Origin: a virus
Strand: one strand, 5' to 3'
UHGV virus genome: UHGV-1367297
Length of the DNA stretch: 41,127 bases
Made by a program: the position numbers and the translations under genes. Each line of letters opens with the position of its first letter. Position 1 is the first letter of the stretch. Below, in pieces: positions 26,584 to 36,045 of this stretch. Under the pieces are notes generated by a model. The model worked only from the letters and a program-made list of their open reading frames with translations. It had not been told where the DNA came from and made no database searches.

Positions 26584-27087
26584 TTAGCATTTTAAAACCG
26601 TCGTTTCCGTCGTTTTCTCAAATTTTTCTAAATATCTGTTATGTTTGCATCGGCAACTGTCCTCTGTATATGCTTTCCTTTTCTTTGGGAATACTTCATT
26701 CATCCTATGTGAGACCTGTACCCAACTTAGATCATCAATATAATAAAATCTGAGAATCATCCGGATTTCACTTTTTTTTATTTGTCCTATATATTCCTCT
26801 ACCTGTATCTGTTTCTCCAGAAGATCCGTCTCCAACATCTGCAGCTTTGCAATGCGCTTTTCAAGTAAAAACTCACGTTTTTCATATTCTCTTTGTGGGA
26901 AGCCTGTTATTTTCACTGTTCGCAATGGTTTGTTGCCTTTCTTTCCACATGCAACAGAATCTTGCACAGTAATCTTGTTCAGTTGCTCTATTTTCTTTTT
27001 ATCCTCTGCAATCCTACGTCTCAGATCTTTTATCTCTTCTTTCATGTCTGCATACTCAATCAGTATCTTCTTGTCCACTGGCAACAC
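26584..27087 (-). CDS. Late transcriptional activator, ArpU/RinA-like (sigma-70 region 4-like)
   Basis: The block EIRMILRFYYIDDLSWVQVSHRMNE resembles sigma region 4.2. Its position immediately upstream of the tRNA/HNH/terS block is typical for a late activator. Confidence 0.5.
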   Translation of the reverse strand: MLPVDKKILIEYADMKEEIKDLRRRIAEDKKKIEQLNKITVQDSVACGKKGNKPLRTVKITGFPQREYEKREFLLEKRIAKLQMLETDLLEKQIQVEEYIGQIKKSEIRMILRFYYIDDLSWVQVSHRMNEVFPKKRKAYTEDSCRCKHNRYLEKFEKTTETTVLKC

Positions 27088-27259
27088 TCCCTTTCGTATC
27101 TACTCCCCATTTTCTTAAGCAGTCCTCTACAGAGTACGCCTTTCTTTTCATCCATTTCTTAGCGTTCTCTGTTGGCTCATGCTTAGCCATATCATGTGCA
27201 TCTATCTTTCGGATGACTCCTGCTGTCTCCTTCCTGCGTCTCATGGCTTCCCTGTTCAT
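27056..27259 (-). CDS. Hypothetical protein (67 aa)
   Basis: It is a basic ORF inside the early operon. Confidence 0.3.
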   Translation of the reverse strand: MNREAMRRRKETAGVIRKIDAHDMAKHEPTENAKKWMKRKAYSVEDCLRKWGVDTKGSVASGQEDTD

Positions 27260-27600
27260 GCCGTCACCTCAATCTCTTCTCCTGTCAGCTCTTTCAACTT
27301 TTGTCGCATTTCTTCCACAGTCATTTTCTTTGGTTCTTTGCGTTCCCAGATAAGTTCGAGGTTTGAGTATAGCAGGATTTCGTTAAATCGTGATACGTGC
27401 TGGATCTTGTATATTCGCATGATATCAAAATCTTTATCTCCAGTTGTATCTATTAAATCCTCGTTGTAGTATATGAGCTGATGACTTCCTTCTGCTCCGA
27501 TCAACATGTCTCCTATAACGAGCCTTCTCCCATAACTTTTACTGCGGTACTCAACTACCATCCCATCTTTCAGATCTGCTTTAGTAAATTCTTTGTCCAT
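27256..27600 (-). CDS. Hypothetical protein (114 aa)
   Basis: It is an ORF inside the early operon and overlaps its neighbours by 4 nt. Confidence 0.45.
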   Translation of the reverse strand: MDKEFTKADLKDGMVVEYRSKSYGRRLVIGDMLIGAEGSHQLIYYNEDLIDTTGDKDFDIMRIYKIQHVSRFNEILLYSNLELIWERKEPKKMTVEEMRQKLKELTGEEIEVTA

Positions 27601-27601
27601 G

Positions 27602-27964
27602 TTATACCTCCTTGTATGGTTCTGGTAGTGGCTGCCATGCTTCTACTTTCCCGTTTGGCACTCCGGCAAAACTTTGCCAAGCTCCATTTTCGTAATACAT
27701 AGTGTGGATATATACAAATTCATCTACCTTGTTATTTGTATGCACAACTCTTACCGTAAATTGTGCTAAAACTTCTTTTCCTTCTTCCGGCAATTTCTCA
27801 CTTACTGGAATCCATCCGGCATTATTATCCGGAACTTCATCCATATGGGAACGGATGATTTCTTTTGCATATTCCAGTCCTTTGCTATAGTTCCACGCAT
27901 GATCGGCTTCATAACCGTTCTGCTCTTCATCAATCTCTTCCAAGATCTTCTCTAGTACGTTCAT
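27602..27964 (-). CDS. DUF551-like phage protein (120 aa)
   Basis: The C-terminal …AWQPLPEPYK pattern is typical of DUF551. Confidence 0.45.
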   Translation of the reverse strand: MNVLEKILEEIDEEQNGYEADHAWNYSKGLEYAKEIIRSHMDEVPDNNAGWIPVSEKLPEEGKEVLAQFTVRVVHTNNKVDEFVYIHTMYYENGAWQSFAGVPNGKVEAWQPLPEPYKEV

Positions 27965-28116
27965 CGCTCCACCTCCAACAATCCTGCTTTTATAAATACA
28001 CCTTCCAATAACTCGCTCATTTTATTAGTATCAATGGTAATCGGCTCGCGTGGAAACTCTTCTTGATTTCCGCAGCACGCATACAATTTCGCAATTAAAA
28101 TATCATACTTTTTCAT
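27961..28116 (-). CDS. Small hypothetical protein (51 aa)
   Basis: A GGAGGTGGATCG RBS precedes the ATG at 28116, and its stop overlaps the next start. Confidence 0.35.
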   Translation of the reverse strand: MKKYDILIAKLYACCGNQEEFPREPITIDTNKMSELLEGVFIKAGLLEVER

Positions 28117-28328
28117 CGATCCACCTCCAACAGCTCTGGATTATCAAAAATGTTTCCTGCCACTTCCGTCTGGTAACTCCAATAGTTATCAAAATCAACA
28201 GTTAATCCATCCCCATTCATAACAAATCTTGCGGCGTCTTCTTCCCATTCACATGTAAAATAACCTTCTTCGTCTGGAAGTTCTTTTCAGCTTTTTCTCT
28301 TTGCTTTAAAAAGGATTTCTCTATTCAT
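28113..28328 (-). pseudogene. Small ORF interrupted by an in-frame TGA (MNREILFKAKRKS*KELPDEEGYFTCEWEEDAARFVMNGDGLTVDFDNYWSYQTEVAGNIFDNPELLEVDR)
   Basis: An in-frame TGA lies at 28287-28289 (reverse complement). The reading frame continues for 58 further codons to a stop that overlaps the next gene's ATG. Confidence 0.3.
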
Positions 28329-28506
28329 CTTCTTTTCCTCCGTTCTGTCGCATCTGCTCTATGTAAATGTTTGTGGCGCATCTTACAATCTCCGGTTTTA
28401 ATCCATCGTAATCAGTGCCTTTATAAAAATTCTTGTCGCACGATCTTTTAATCATATACAGGATATCTTCAAATGTTCGTTCTTCCACTTTCCCTCTCCA
28501 CTTCAT
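28321..28506 (-). CDS. Small hypothetical protein (61 aa)
   Basis: It is an ORF in the early operon. Confidence 0.35.
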   Translation of the reverse strand: MKWRGKVEERTFEDILYMIKRSCDKNFYKGTDYDGLKPEIVRCATNIYIEQMRQNGGKEDE

Positions 28507-28675
28507 TGTCGTATTTCATACACTTTCCATCCTTGTACGCTACGCATCGCTCTTTAATACACGGATTTAATACTGGTCTAACAAAATCGCCGTTGCCAAT
28601 AAGCATTGCTTTTACCTCTTCTTTTCCCGTTAAATCAGGGCAAAATAAAATCATTCTTTCACTCTCCTGTTCCAA
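28469..28675 (-). CDS. Small Cys-containing hypothetical protein (68 aa)
   Basis: It is an ORF in the early operon. Confidence 0.35.
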   Translation of the reverse strand: MEQESERMILFCPDLTGKEEVKAMLIGNGDFVRPVLNPCIKERCVAYKDGKCMKYDNEVERESGRTNI

Positions 28676-28799
28676 ACTTCAATTGCTGTTCTTTCTAAAG
28701 CGTAACTACGTGTAGCAATTCCGCATTCTCGGCAATGTACATACGCAAAAATCACTTCTTTTCCTCTCCGTGTTTTCCTCATCCATTAATCTTTTTCCC

Positions 28800-29162
28800 C
28801 TATCGCTTCGCCAACTCCCGAACCAGTTCATCATTCCCTTTTTTCGTAAGGCCTTCATTACATGTGCAATCCGGATATACACATCGGAAACAATCCGGAT
28901 ATTTACAGAGCGGCTTTGAAATTTTCGTTCGATTCATTTCCAGTTTTCTCTTTGTCTCCAGCAGATCCGGTACCTTGACCTGTCTTCTGCTGCCCGCTTC
29001 CGCAAACCAGATCAGTCCCGATCTCTCCAGATACGCCCGAAAACAAATCTCATTTTTCTCAATCTGGAACATAACTTTCATGTACACCCACACCTCATGC
29101 ACATCCATCCCGTCAAATAAAAGTTCCTGTATCCTGGATGCGTATTTCTCGTAACCTTCCAC
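28800..29162 (-). CDS. Hypothetical protein with a C-terminal Cys cluster (120 aa)
   Basis: The block CKYPDCFRCVYPDCTCNEG suggests a zinc-binding tail. Confidence 0.4.
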   Translation of the reverse strand: MEGYEKYASRIQELLFDGMDVHEVWVYMKVMFQIEKNEICFRAYLERSGLIWFAEAGSRRQVKVPDLLETKRKLEMNRTKISKPLCKYPDCFRCVYPDCTCNEGLTKKGNDELVRELAKR

Positions 29163-29749
29163 TACTCGATCACTTCCATTTCTCTTATTGAGACTTCATA
29201 AGCTGTTCTCTCGCTGTCGCCTTTTACATAAATCCTGCTCTGTATCATTCCCATGGCTCTCACTTTTATTCCGACTGGAAGCCCTGCTGCCAGCCTTGCG
29301 TTCGAATACCAGCAAATTGCCGGGAGATAATCACTTTTTCTGTGTTTCCTGTTTACTGCAATTAAAATATCCGTGATTTCTTTTCCGAGTGGTGTCTCTC
29401 GATAGAGCGGCTGTTTACAGATATATCCAATCAGATCAATTCTGTTTTGATCCGCTTCACCAGCTTCGCTGATTCCTTTTACAAATACATACAATTTCAA
29501 ATGATTTCTTTCTCCATCCTTTTCATTGTAAGATCTGTATTCTCCAAAGATTGTAATTCTCCCTCCTACATTATCCCGAATCTCCTGCACTATCTGTTCC
29601 GGCACCTGAATCGGTATGACATCCATGTTTCCACTTGTCCGCATGACTTCTATAGTTGATTTATAGATCTTTCTTCTGTCTGGTGAAGTCAATAAATACT
29701 CTGGTGTTTCCATAATTTTTCCTGTGATCTTTACTGTGTTGTTTTCCAT
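29162..29749 (-). CDS. SSB-like single-stranded DNA-binding protein with tandem OB folds
   Basis: The second half reads …IDLIGYICKQPLYRETPLGKEITDILIAVNRKHRKSDYLPAICWYSNARLAAGLPVGIKVRAMGMIQSRIY, which aligns with the canonical SSB OB-fold pattern. The first half is a second OB-like repeat. Confidence 0.5.
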   Translation of the reverse strand: MENNTVKITGKIMETPEYLLTSPDRRKIYKSTIEVMRTSGNMDVIPIQVPEQIVQEIRDNVGGRITIFGEYRSYNEKDGERNHLKLYVFVKGISEAGEADQNRIDLIGYICKQPLYRETPLGKEITDILIAVNRKHRKSDYLPAICWYSNARLAAGLPVGIKVRAMGMIQSRIYVKGDSERTAYEVSIREMEVIE

Positions 29750-29793
29750 CTTTTTCTCCTATATTGCATATTCCGCTGATGCCCGTCATGGTA

Positions 29794-30357
29794 TTACTCC
29801 ATTTCCAGCCCGCTCAGCGCTTTCAAGATTCTTCCATCCATGTTATCTTCATTTGCCGGTGTTTTTACAGTCAATAACATTCCAGTCTCATTTACCCACA
29901 GGACGAAATATCCCATTCCCATGGGTCCTGTCGGAAAGTCTTCATACTCACCTGTTTCGGATAGGCTTACCATTTCCAGAATTTGATCTGGTATGTAACT
30001 CATCTCTTTTGTCTCTACATTCTGTAACACTGCCATTCCCCTGTATTTGATTTCTGTATCCTCATACCGGTCTCTGGCTGATAACCATTTCTTGTATTCC
30101 CACTCATCCCTTACTTTTAGTTCATACTGCTTTTCTCCTTTTTCATAGGCTCTGTATACTTCGCCCTCTTCCGGAAGATCCCCCACAAGTTCAATGACTG
30201 CTGCCTTATTCTTGCTTGTAAAGTCCTTCTCATATACAAATAATATCCAATAGGCTCCCTGTATGAAGTACATTTCCTCTTTCTTTCCTACAGTGAGTCC
30301 TGCACCTTTCCATGCATCCTTCAATATTCTCTTAAATATGCTCGTCTTAATAAACAT
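29794..30357 (-). CDS. Hypothetical protein (187 aa)
   Basis: It is an ORF in the early operon, preceded by an RBS and a hairpin. Confidence 0.45.
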   Translation of the reverse strand: MFIKTSIFKRILKDAWKGAGLTVGKKEEMYFIQGAYWILFVYEKDFTSKNKAAVIELVGDLPEEGEVYRAYEKGEKQYELKVRDEWEYKKWLSARDRYEDTEIKYRGMAVLQNVETKEMSYIPDQILEMVSLSETGEYEDFPTGPMGMGYFVLWVNETGMLLTVKTPANEDNMDGRILKALSGLEME

Positions 30358-30463
30358 GATGCTCCTTTCCTCTCCCAGAGTTATCTGGGAGATAATGTAA
30401 TGGCTTACGACAGGTTTTGTGACGTACCTGCTGTTGTATCTTCACGGCACTTGGCCGGAGATG

Positions 30464-30934
30464 CTATAAAAATTGGAATCCTGGATGTCCTTCTTTCTGC
30501 TTTTCATTTTGCGGTTCTTTCATCAACTCTTGCTGATCCAGATAATTTTTCTTGCTGATCTTCATCCAGTCTTTCCGTGTGTGTGACTTTTCATATTCCC
30601 TCTGTGCGATCTCGCAAAGCAGTTCTCTTGTCTTTCTGCAATTATGTACAGCTTCTTTCCCGCTTTTATGGTGCGGTTCACACAAATACACTTTCAATCC
30701 CTCGGCTTCCGATAGAATTCTCATCCCGGATCCAAACAATACATGGTGTTCCTCCGTATACTGCTGCCGATAGTCTCCATACAGATTGGCACAGAGATAG
30801 CACACGCCCTTTTCTGTGTTCAAAATACTTTTCGGATGGCTGATTCTCTTTTTCTTCTTTTTCGGCTTAGGAAACGCCATATCACTATAATCAATACTCA
30901 TAAAGTAATCACTTTCTTTTTCCAGTTGTCCCAT
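30464..30934 (-). CDS. Zinc-finger/HNH-like nuclease-fold protein (156 aa)
   Basis: A CxxC…HH…C..HH pattern is present (GVCYLCANLYG…EEHHVLFG…YLCEPHHKSG). Confidence 0.4.
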   Translation of the reverse strand: MGQLEKESDYFMSIDYSDMAFPKPKKKKKRISHPKSILNTEKGVCYLCANLYGDYRQQYTEEHHVLFGSGMRILSEAEGLKVYLCEPHHKSGKEAVHNCRKTRELLCEIAQREYEKSHTRKDWMKISKKNYLDQQELMKEPQNEKQKEGHPGFQFL

Positions 30935-32046
30935 CCGCCTTTTGGCCAGGCAAATTCTTTCTTCAGAAGCTGGATGATTTTATCCGGATCCCCGGATTTT
31001 AAGATGTCTTCTATGACTTCCCCTTCCTGAACCACCTCTTCTGTGATCTCATGTACCTGTTTTTCTTCTTCCGGAAGATTCATAACCGGAGCATCCGGCA
31101 TCAGTTCCGGATAATCTTCCACTTCCATCTGTCCTTGAATCTGTTCTTCTGTTTCTTTTGGCTCTTCCAAAGTTTCCTGTGCTTTTGCAGGTTCTGCCTT
31201 TTTCTTTAATGGTTCCGTCTTTAAGACTTCCCTCTCTTTCTTTTCTCTCAGCGGCACCTGATAAACTCTTTCATAGGCTTCTGAATCAGAAGTCTTCCTG
31301 CCTTCCGGATAAAAGGTCTGTTCAAATGTTTTGGCCAACTCCAGATAGCTCATCTCTTCTGGTTCTCCCCTGCCGTTGTATGGCATGATCCGAATCTGAA
31401 ATTCACTGAATAGTGCATTTGCAAATTGCATCCGAAACATCCGGAATTTTGTTGGAGCCACAATTCCCATGATCTCCCGGTTGATCGTACTTGCTTCTTT
31501 TGGCTCGTCAGCCCATATCCATTTAGCCATTTTTTCAAAGCAGCCTTTTCCCTCTCCTTTGAAAAATTCATACACTAACGTTTCCGTCCAGCTTCCATGG
31601 TGTTCTTCTGGTGCGATGTCGCACAGGCTCATCTGCGGCGAATAACGATCTTCTGTTTCCCGGATAACTTCTTTTACTTCCCGGATTTCCCGTACCGTGG
31701 CATCTCTTGGTACCACTTCCCGCACTTCTTCCGGCAATGCCAACATTTCAGACAGCTTACTGCTGCCATATCCCCGGTATTTCTCCTGAATTTCCGGGCT
31801 GTTCCCATCAATACTGTATGTATCATTGATCTGCATGAACCGAATTGCCCACGTCCTGCTGATATTGAAGGTTTCCTTTGCAAACTCAAAAACATCTGCA
31901 TACCCCTTCTCTTTATAAAACTCTGCATCTCTGGTCTTTTTTAAGAGATACCCGACTTTAATGTATCCCTCTGCTATATGTTCCAGTTCTTTTCGTAATG
32001 CAATTTCTACTCCCTGCAGTGTACTGATTGTCTGTAATTCTTCCAT
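30898..32046 (-). CDS. Hypothetical replication-module protein (382 aa)
   Basis: It is a long acidic ORF. Codons LCDIAP in it carry copy C of the palindrome. Confidence 0.45.
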   Translation of the reverse strand: MEELQTISTLQGVEIALRKELEHIAEGYIKVGYLLKKTRDAEFYKEKGYADVFEFAKETFNISRTWAIRFMQINDTYSIDGNSPEIQEKYRGYGSSKLSEMLALPEEVREVVPRDATVREIREVKEVIRETEDRYSPQMSLCDIAPEEHHGSWTETLVYEFFKGEGKGCFEKMAKWIWADEPKEASTINREIMGIVAPTKFRMFRMQFANALFSEFQIRIMPYNGRGEPEEMSYLELAKTFEQTFYPEGRKTSDSEAYERVYQVPLREKKEREVLKTEPLKKKAEPAKAQETLEEPKETEEQIQGQMEVEDYPELMPDAPVMNLPEEEKQVHEITEEVVQEGEVIEDILKSGDPDKIIQLLKKEFAWPKGGWDNWKKKVITL

Positions 32047-34140
32047 CTATCCAGCTTTCCTTTCTGTACGTTTCAACTTCTTTCTTTTGAATAGCTCAAC
32101 AAATTCTTTGACTTCCTCTGTCATGTCTCCGTTATATTTTGCCCGACACTGGATCATCACCCCATTGTTTACCTCCATGGTATAAAACGGTGTCTCCGGA
32201 TCCTGCTTCTTTCGCAGGAATAGAATCGTTGTCTCTCCTTTTGCCACCCGGTCAATATACGTGGCGACGCAGTGATGCATGGCATTTCCTTCCTGTCGGA
32301 TTTCATGGATTCGTTTCGGAAGCCTCAATAAAAATTGTTCTGTTTCCATTTCCAGATAACTGTCCCTCTTTCTGTATTGCTCGTACTTTTTGTCTTTTTT
32401 ATTGTCCAAATCCTCTTTTGCTTTTATTTCTCGTTCTCTGCTCTCTTCAATCAACTCTTCATGACGCTGTTCTAAATTCTTCGGAAATAAGATCCACGAC
32501 TCTCTCATGTTGTATCCCAGTTCCTCTGCCATCTTCAGATAATCGTGATAGTCCACAGCTCGTCTCTCATCTTCTCCTAACACTTCTTTGATGTACCGTT
32601 CCATCTTGTGAATGGTGGTATACCGGATATACCTGGTAAATTTCCTCGGAAACCTTGCAAAAAACTGAACCTGCTGCCATGTTGGATGCAATCCCCTTTC
32701 CTGCATTTCATAAGTGGTGTTATATTCCCTCACGCTTGGATTCTTTCCAGCCAACAGCTGGTAGTATTCCCCGTTTAGCCCCAGTATCTTTTTACAAGAC
32801 CGCTCTTCCTCCTTTAAGTATCCTGTGTTGTACCCCTGCATCTTTTCTTTGACAATTCTGTAAAACCCGCACTTTACCAGTTGTTCAATTCCAGGCATAT
32901 ACCGGTATTCCCCCAGATATTGATCCAAATACATTTTTTCTCGATAGTTCCCATGTTTCACAAAATGCTCCATTGCAGAATACTGAAACGGTGTTCCTTT
33001 TAATATCTGCTTGAGATTCCGGTTATAGAGGATTGCTTCATGCTCTACCACTTTTGCATAATATCTCCATCCGTCTCTGCAACACCACCGAACCCAGTCT
33101 GTCTGCTTATACTGTTCATATTCAAATTCATGAATCTTTTTTAAATTCCGGTCATACGTGATCCGTATCAGCTCCCAGTACCCGCCATCTCCCTTTTGTC
33201 CATTCCTGAATTTCCGATAACACTCAAAATATCGGTATACATACCCCTCTTTTGTTTTCTGCAGGAGTCCTGCATATCCTCTTGCGTGAACATTTCCGCC
33301 TTTCTTTCGACTTCGGTAGGTAATGGGATGTCTGCAGGATGGACATTCGCCCTCGTCTCCATAGTGTGGATTCCTGATTTTTACTTCTCTTCCACAATGT
33401 GTGCAATACCCTTTTGTTACCTTTCTTCCGGCATCATAAAACAAATACTGTGGAAGGACTTCCCGATCTACAAAATCTTCAAAATCTTTTGGCAGTTCCG
33501 GCACCAGTGCCATCTCAGAATCAATTTCGTCAATTTCTTTTCTGCCCTTACTGTAATTTTGCCATCTTGCGATTGCTGCACGTGGTTCTTCCTTTCCGTT
33601 GTGACAAAATTCTGAGATCCGTTTTCGGTCCTCTTCTCGTATCCACACTTTTCTGCTACTGTACCAGTACCCTTGTTGTATCTCTTCACATCCTTCCATG
33701 TAGCTTAAGTTATCTATTTTTGCAGTTCTCCACTTCTCACACAAATTGTCATAGGTGTAGTACTTGTTTTCTTCCAAAAGGAATAGCCGGTATTCCGGAT
33801 GTGCTGTGCCAGCCAAGATCATATCCCTTGTAAATACATCGATCTCTAAAACCGTTCCTGTCTTCTTGGCACGATAGAACCAATAATATGTTGCACTCCA
33901 GACAGGTGGTCTTCCACATCTTAGTACCTGATGTCCTTGATCTTCCCTGACTGTCTTTCGCATAGTTTCCGTTACTTTTAACTCTGGAAGCTTTAATAAC
34001 TCTCCTCGTCTCATTTCTCCACCTCCAGATAGTATTCTTCTGCCATGGCAAATACTTCCAGATCCGGCATTTGCACCACTTGCGTCCCGCTTCTTTCTTT
34101 GATTCTTTTTTCCGCTTCTTTTCGGATATTCTGCAGGCAC
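32047..34140 (-). CDS. Large zinc-ribbon protein, PcfJ-like (697 aa)
   Basis: An internal zinc ribbon (CTHCGREV…CPSCRHP) is present. A C-terminal block (GNAMHHCVATYIDRVAKGETTILFLRKK) resembles the PcfJ-family signature as I recall it. Confidence 0.4.
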   Translation of the reverse strand: MPAEYPKRSGKKNQRKKRDASGANAGSGSICHGRRILSGGGEMRRGELLKLPELKVTETMRKTVREDQGHQVLRCGRPPVWSATYYWFYRAKKTGTVLEIDVFTRDMILAGTAHPEYRLFLLEENKYYTYDNLCEKWRTAKIDNLSYMEGCEEIQQGYWYSSRKVWIREEDRKRISEFCHNGKEEPRAAIARWQNYSKGRKEIDEIDSEMALVPELPKDFEDFVDREVLPQYLFYDAGRKVTKGYCTHCGREVKIRNPHYGDEGECPSCRHPITYRSRKKGGNVHARGYAGLLQKTKEGYVYRYFECYRKFRNGQKGDGGYWELIRITYDRNLKKIHEFEYEQYKQTDWVRWCCRDGWRYYAKVVEHEAILYNRNLKQILKGTPFQYSAMEHFVKHGNYREKMYLDQYLGEYRYMPGIEQLVKCGFYRIVKEKMQGYNTGYLKEEERSCKKILGLNGEYYQLLAGKNPSVREYNTTYEMQERGLHPTWQQVQFFARFPRKFTRYIRYTTIHKMERYIKEVLGEDERRAVDYHDYLKMAEELGYNMRESWILFPKNLEQRHEELIEESREREIKAKEDLDNKKDKKYEQYRKRDSYLEMETEQFLLRLPKRIHEIRQEGNAMHHCVATYIDRVAKGETTILFLRKKQDPETPFYTMEVNNGVMIQCRAKYNGDMTEEVKEFVELFKRKKLKRTERKAG

Positions 34141-34466
34141 TCTTTGAGTGTCCGGTTCTTTCTTCTTATAGCTCTGGCCAGAGCTTCTTTTTCAAAACAT
34201 CTCATAGACAGATACGAGACGATCTCTCCTGCCGGCATCCCGTCTGTTTCCTCTTTTAGCTCGACCTGCAGCTTTCCAATGGCCGCATTTACTAAATCTA
34301 CCAGCTCTTCTGATAAATGCTGCTCATACACTTCCCGGATTCCATCCGGAATCCCATTTTCCTCTGCCAGTACTTTTAAATGCTCCAGATCCTGTTCCTC
34401 TAATAATCCTTTTGCACACGCATTCAATTCCTCCACAGAATCAAAATTTCCAAATACATCAAACAT
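34011..34466 (-). CDS. Hypothetical protein (151 aa)
   Basis: It is an ORF in the replication module. Confidence 0.45.
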   Translation of the reverse strand: MFDVFGNFDSVEELNACAKGLLEEQDLEHLKVLAEENGIPDGIREVYEQHLSEELVDLVNAAIGKLQVELKEETDGMPAGEIVSYLSMRCFEKEALARAIRRKNRTLKECLQNIRKEAEKRIKERSGTQVVQMPDLEVFAMAEEYYLEVEK

Positions 34467-34490
34467 TCTGTTTTTCCTCCAGTAATCCCT

Positions 34491-34769
34491 CTAAATTTTC
34501 CACTGCTCCGGTTTTCCGTTTTCAATCATATTCTTGATAAAAATACAGTCTGTATATAAGGTCACATGGCATGCCGTATTTAGTGTTTTTAAGGATTCTA
34601 CGATTCCAAGCAGTACCAGGCGATAATACGTTGTCTCTTTCTCCGCCCCACATATTCCTTTGACTGCCGGACCTTTCCTTGTCTGATATTCGATTGCAGC
34701 CGCCCAGCACCCATCTTTGATACATGGCCCCGTCAGACTTGTCCGTATGTAAATATTCAATGCTTTCAT
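34491..34769 (-). CDS. Short degenerate RNase H-like fold protein (92 aa)
   Basis: The blocks LNIYIRTSLTGP…TTYYRLVLLGIVESLKTL…CHVTLYTDCIFI follow the RNase HI beta1/alpha1/beta4 pattern. The first catalytic Asp is replaced (IRTS in place of TDGS) and the C-terminal part is absent. Confidence 0.35.
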   Translation of the reverse strand: MKALNIYIRTSLTGPCIKDGCWAAAIEYQTRKGPAVKGICGAEKETTYYRLVLLGIVESLKTLNTACHVTLYTDCIFIKNMIENGKPEQWKI

Positions 34770-34770
34770 A

Positions 34771-35493
34771 TCAAATTCTCCTGTTCAAACGGATCAGGAT
34801 GTATCTTCGGTATTTGTATCCTGTTACCGGATTGATTCCTTCATGGTATGTTTCTTTGTCAAGATAATAGCCTTTTGGCGGTTTCGGCTCGTCACTCCAT
34901 GTTTTTCTTTTATATGTCTTTACTTCCGCAACCGGAATCTTCAGATTTCTGCTGCAGGAGTACCGGCTCTCTTTTAGTTTGTTTTCTTCATCCGGTGTCT
35001 TGCTTAAATACTCGGCCAGTTTTCGAAACCCACCCTCGTCATACATCAAATCCATGTGGACTCCACCCTTGTCCCATACCTTTCGCATAATCAAATCTGC
35101 ATCCGGAATCCGGTTGATGACCAGATGATGATGAACACCACCTCGGCTTCCAATCTCGGTATGCAGCATCCATTTCAGTTCTGCTCCCCGTTTCTTGTAT
35201 TGTGTCCGTACTTTATTGAGCCACTTCCTGATGTCTTTTGCTGCGTTCTCCATATCTTCTGGCCTGTTCTCCGGCTTATAAGTTAATGTCACCCAGTAGT
35301 CATTCTCCTGAAAGTTCAGCTTCATCTTTCTCCAGCACTGCCGTTCTTTATTCCACTGATTCACTTTCCTGATCTGCTCCGGTGTGGCTTTCTTCTTTTT
35401 CATTCTCGGCATTCCCGGAGCACCATATCTCCCATTGTGATACTCCATCACTTCTCTGATGTCTCCCAGGTCATAACTCTTTCGTTTATACAT
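34771..35493 (-). CDS. Rolling-circle replication initiator (HUH endonuclease Rep)
   Basis: Motif I is WVTLTY. Motif II is GGVHHHLVIN (HUH). A Tyr-containing motif III is YLSKTP. Confidence 0.7.
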   Translation of the reverse strand: MYKRKSYDLGDIREVMEYHNGRYGAPGMPRMKKKKATPEQIRKVNQWNKERQCWRKMKLNFQENDYWVTLTYKPENRPEDMENAAKDIRKWLNKVRTQYKKRGAELKWMLHTEIGSRGGVHHHLVINRIPDADLIMRKVWDKGGVHMDLMYDEGGFRKLAEYLSKTPDEENKLKESRYSCSRNLKIPVAEVKTYKRKTWSDEPKPPKGYYLDKETYHEGINPVTGYKYRRYILIRLNRRI

Positions 35494-35517
35494 CCTGTTT
35501 TGCTCCTAAGTTTAATA

Positions 35518-35625
35518 TTCTTATCAAGTGAAAAACGGGAGCTTTTTGCTCTCATTTTCTTTGACATTTTGCCAATACAGGTGTACAATATAAATGAGTT
35601 TTTATTTTGTTTGTATTGGCAAAAT
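35518..35625. promoter_or_regulatory. Candidate double-strand origin for the Rep: nick-like TTCTTATC plus a 14-bp perfect inverted repeat
   Basis: TTCTTATC at 35518-35525 resembles the pC194-family nick region TTCTTATCTTGATA. The inverted repeat ATTTTGCCAATACA (35566-35579) pairs with TGTATTGGCAAAAT (35612-35625). Confidence 0.4.
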
Positions 35626-35654
35626 ATCCGGTGCATCTGTTTGCGGCAGGTGCA

Positions 35655-35939
35655 CTACTTTTTTATACTTTTTTCTATGTATCGGCAACAGAACTCAATC
35701 ACCAAAATAACGAGTATCATTCCTATCCACAATGTTCCCGCTTCTATCATCATCACTGTGCATACTGCTGCAGCCGCTTCCAGAATCCGCAACAGTTCCA
35801 AAGTATACCGAATCTTTCTTCTCTCCCTGAAGCTCATACAATGATGTACTCTCCTCCGATTTCTTCTGCTACCTGTTTCGCCTCTTCGTATGTTCCATAT
35901 TCGCTCCGTATTCTGCCGGACTGCCAGCGAATGATCCAT
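35655..35939 (-). CDS. Arg-rich hypothetical protein with a C-terminal hydrophobic segment (94 aa)
   Basis: It is an ORF with a weak RBS and an unusual composition. Confidence 0.25.
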   Translation of the reverse strand: MDHSLAVRQNTERIWNIRRGETGSRRNRRRVHHCMSFRERRKIRYTLELLRILEAAAAVCTVMMIEAGTLWIGMILVILVIEFCCRYIEKSIKK

Positions 35940-36045
35940 ATCTGTTTCCTCTCCTTCTCTTCATTCAAATCCAAGTTCTTTGATCCTCTCCTCTATCAGA
36001 TTCAATTCTGCAGTTACTTCTTCATTTTCCTGAAGCTGCCTCAGT

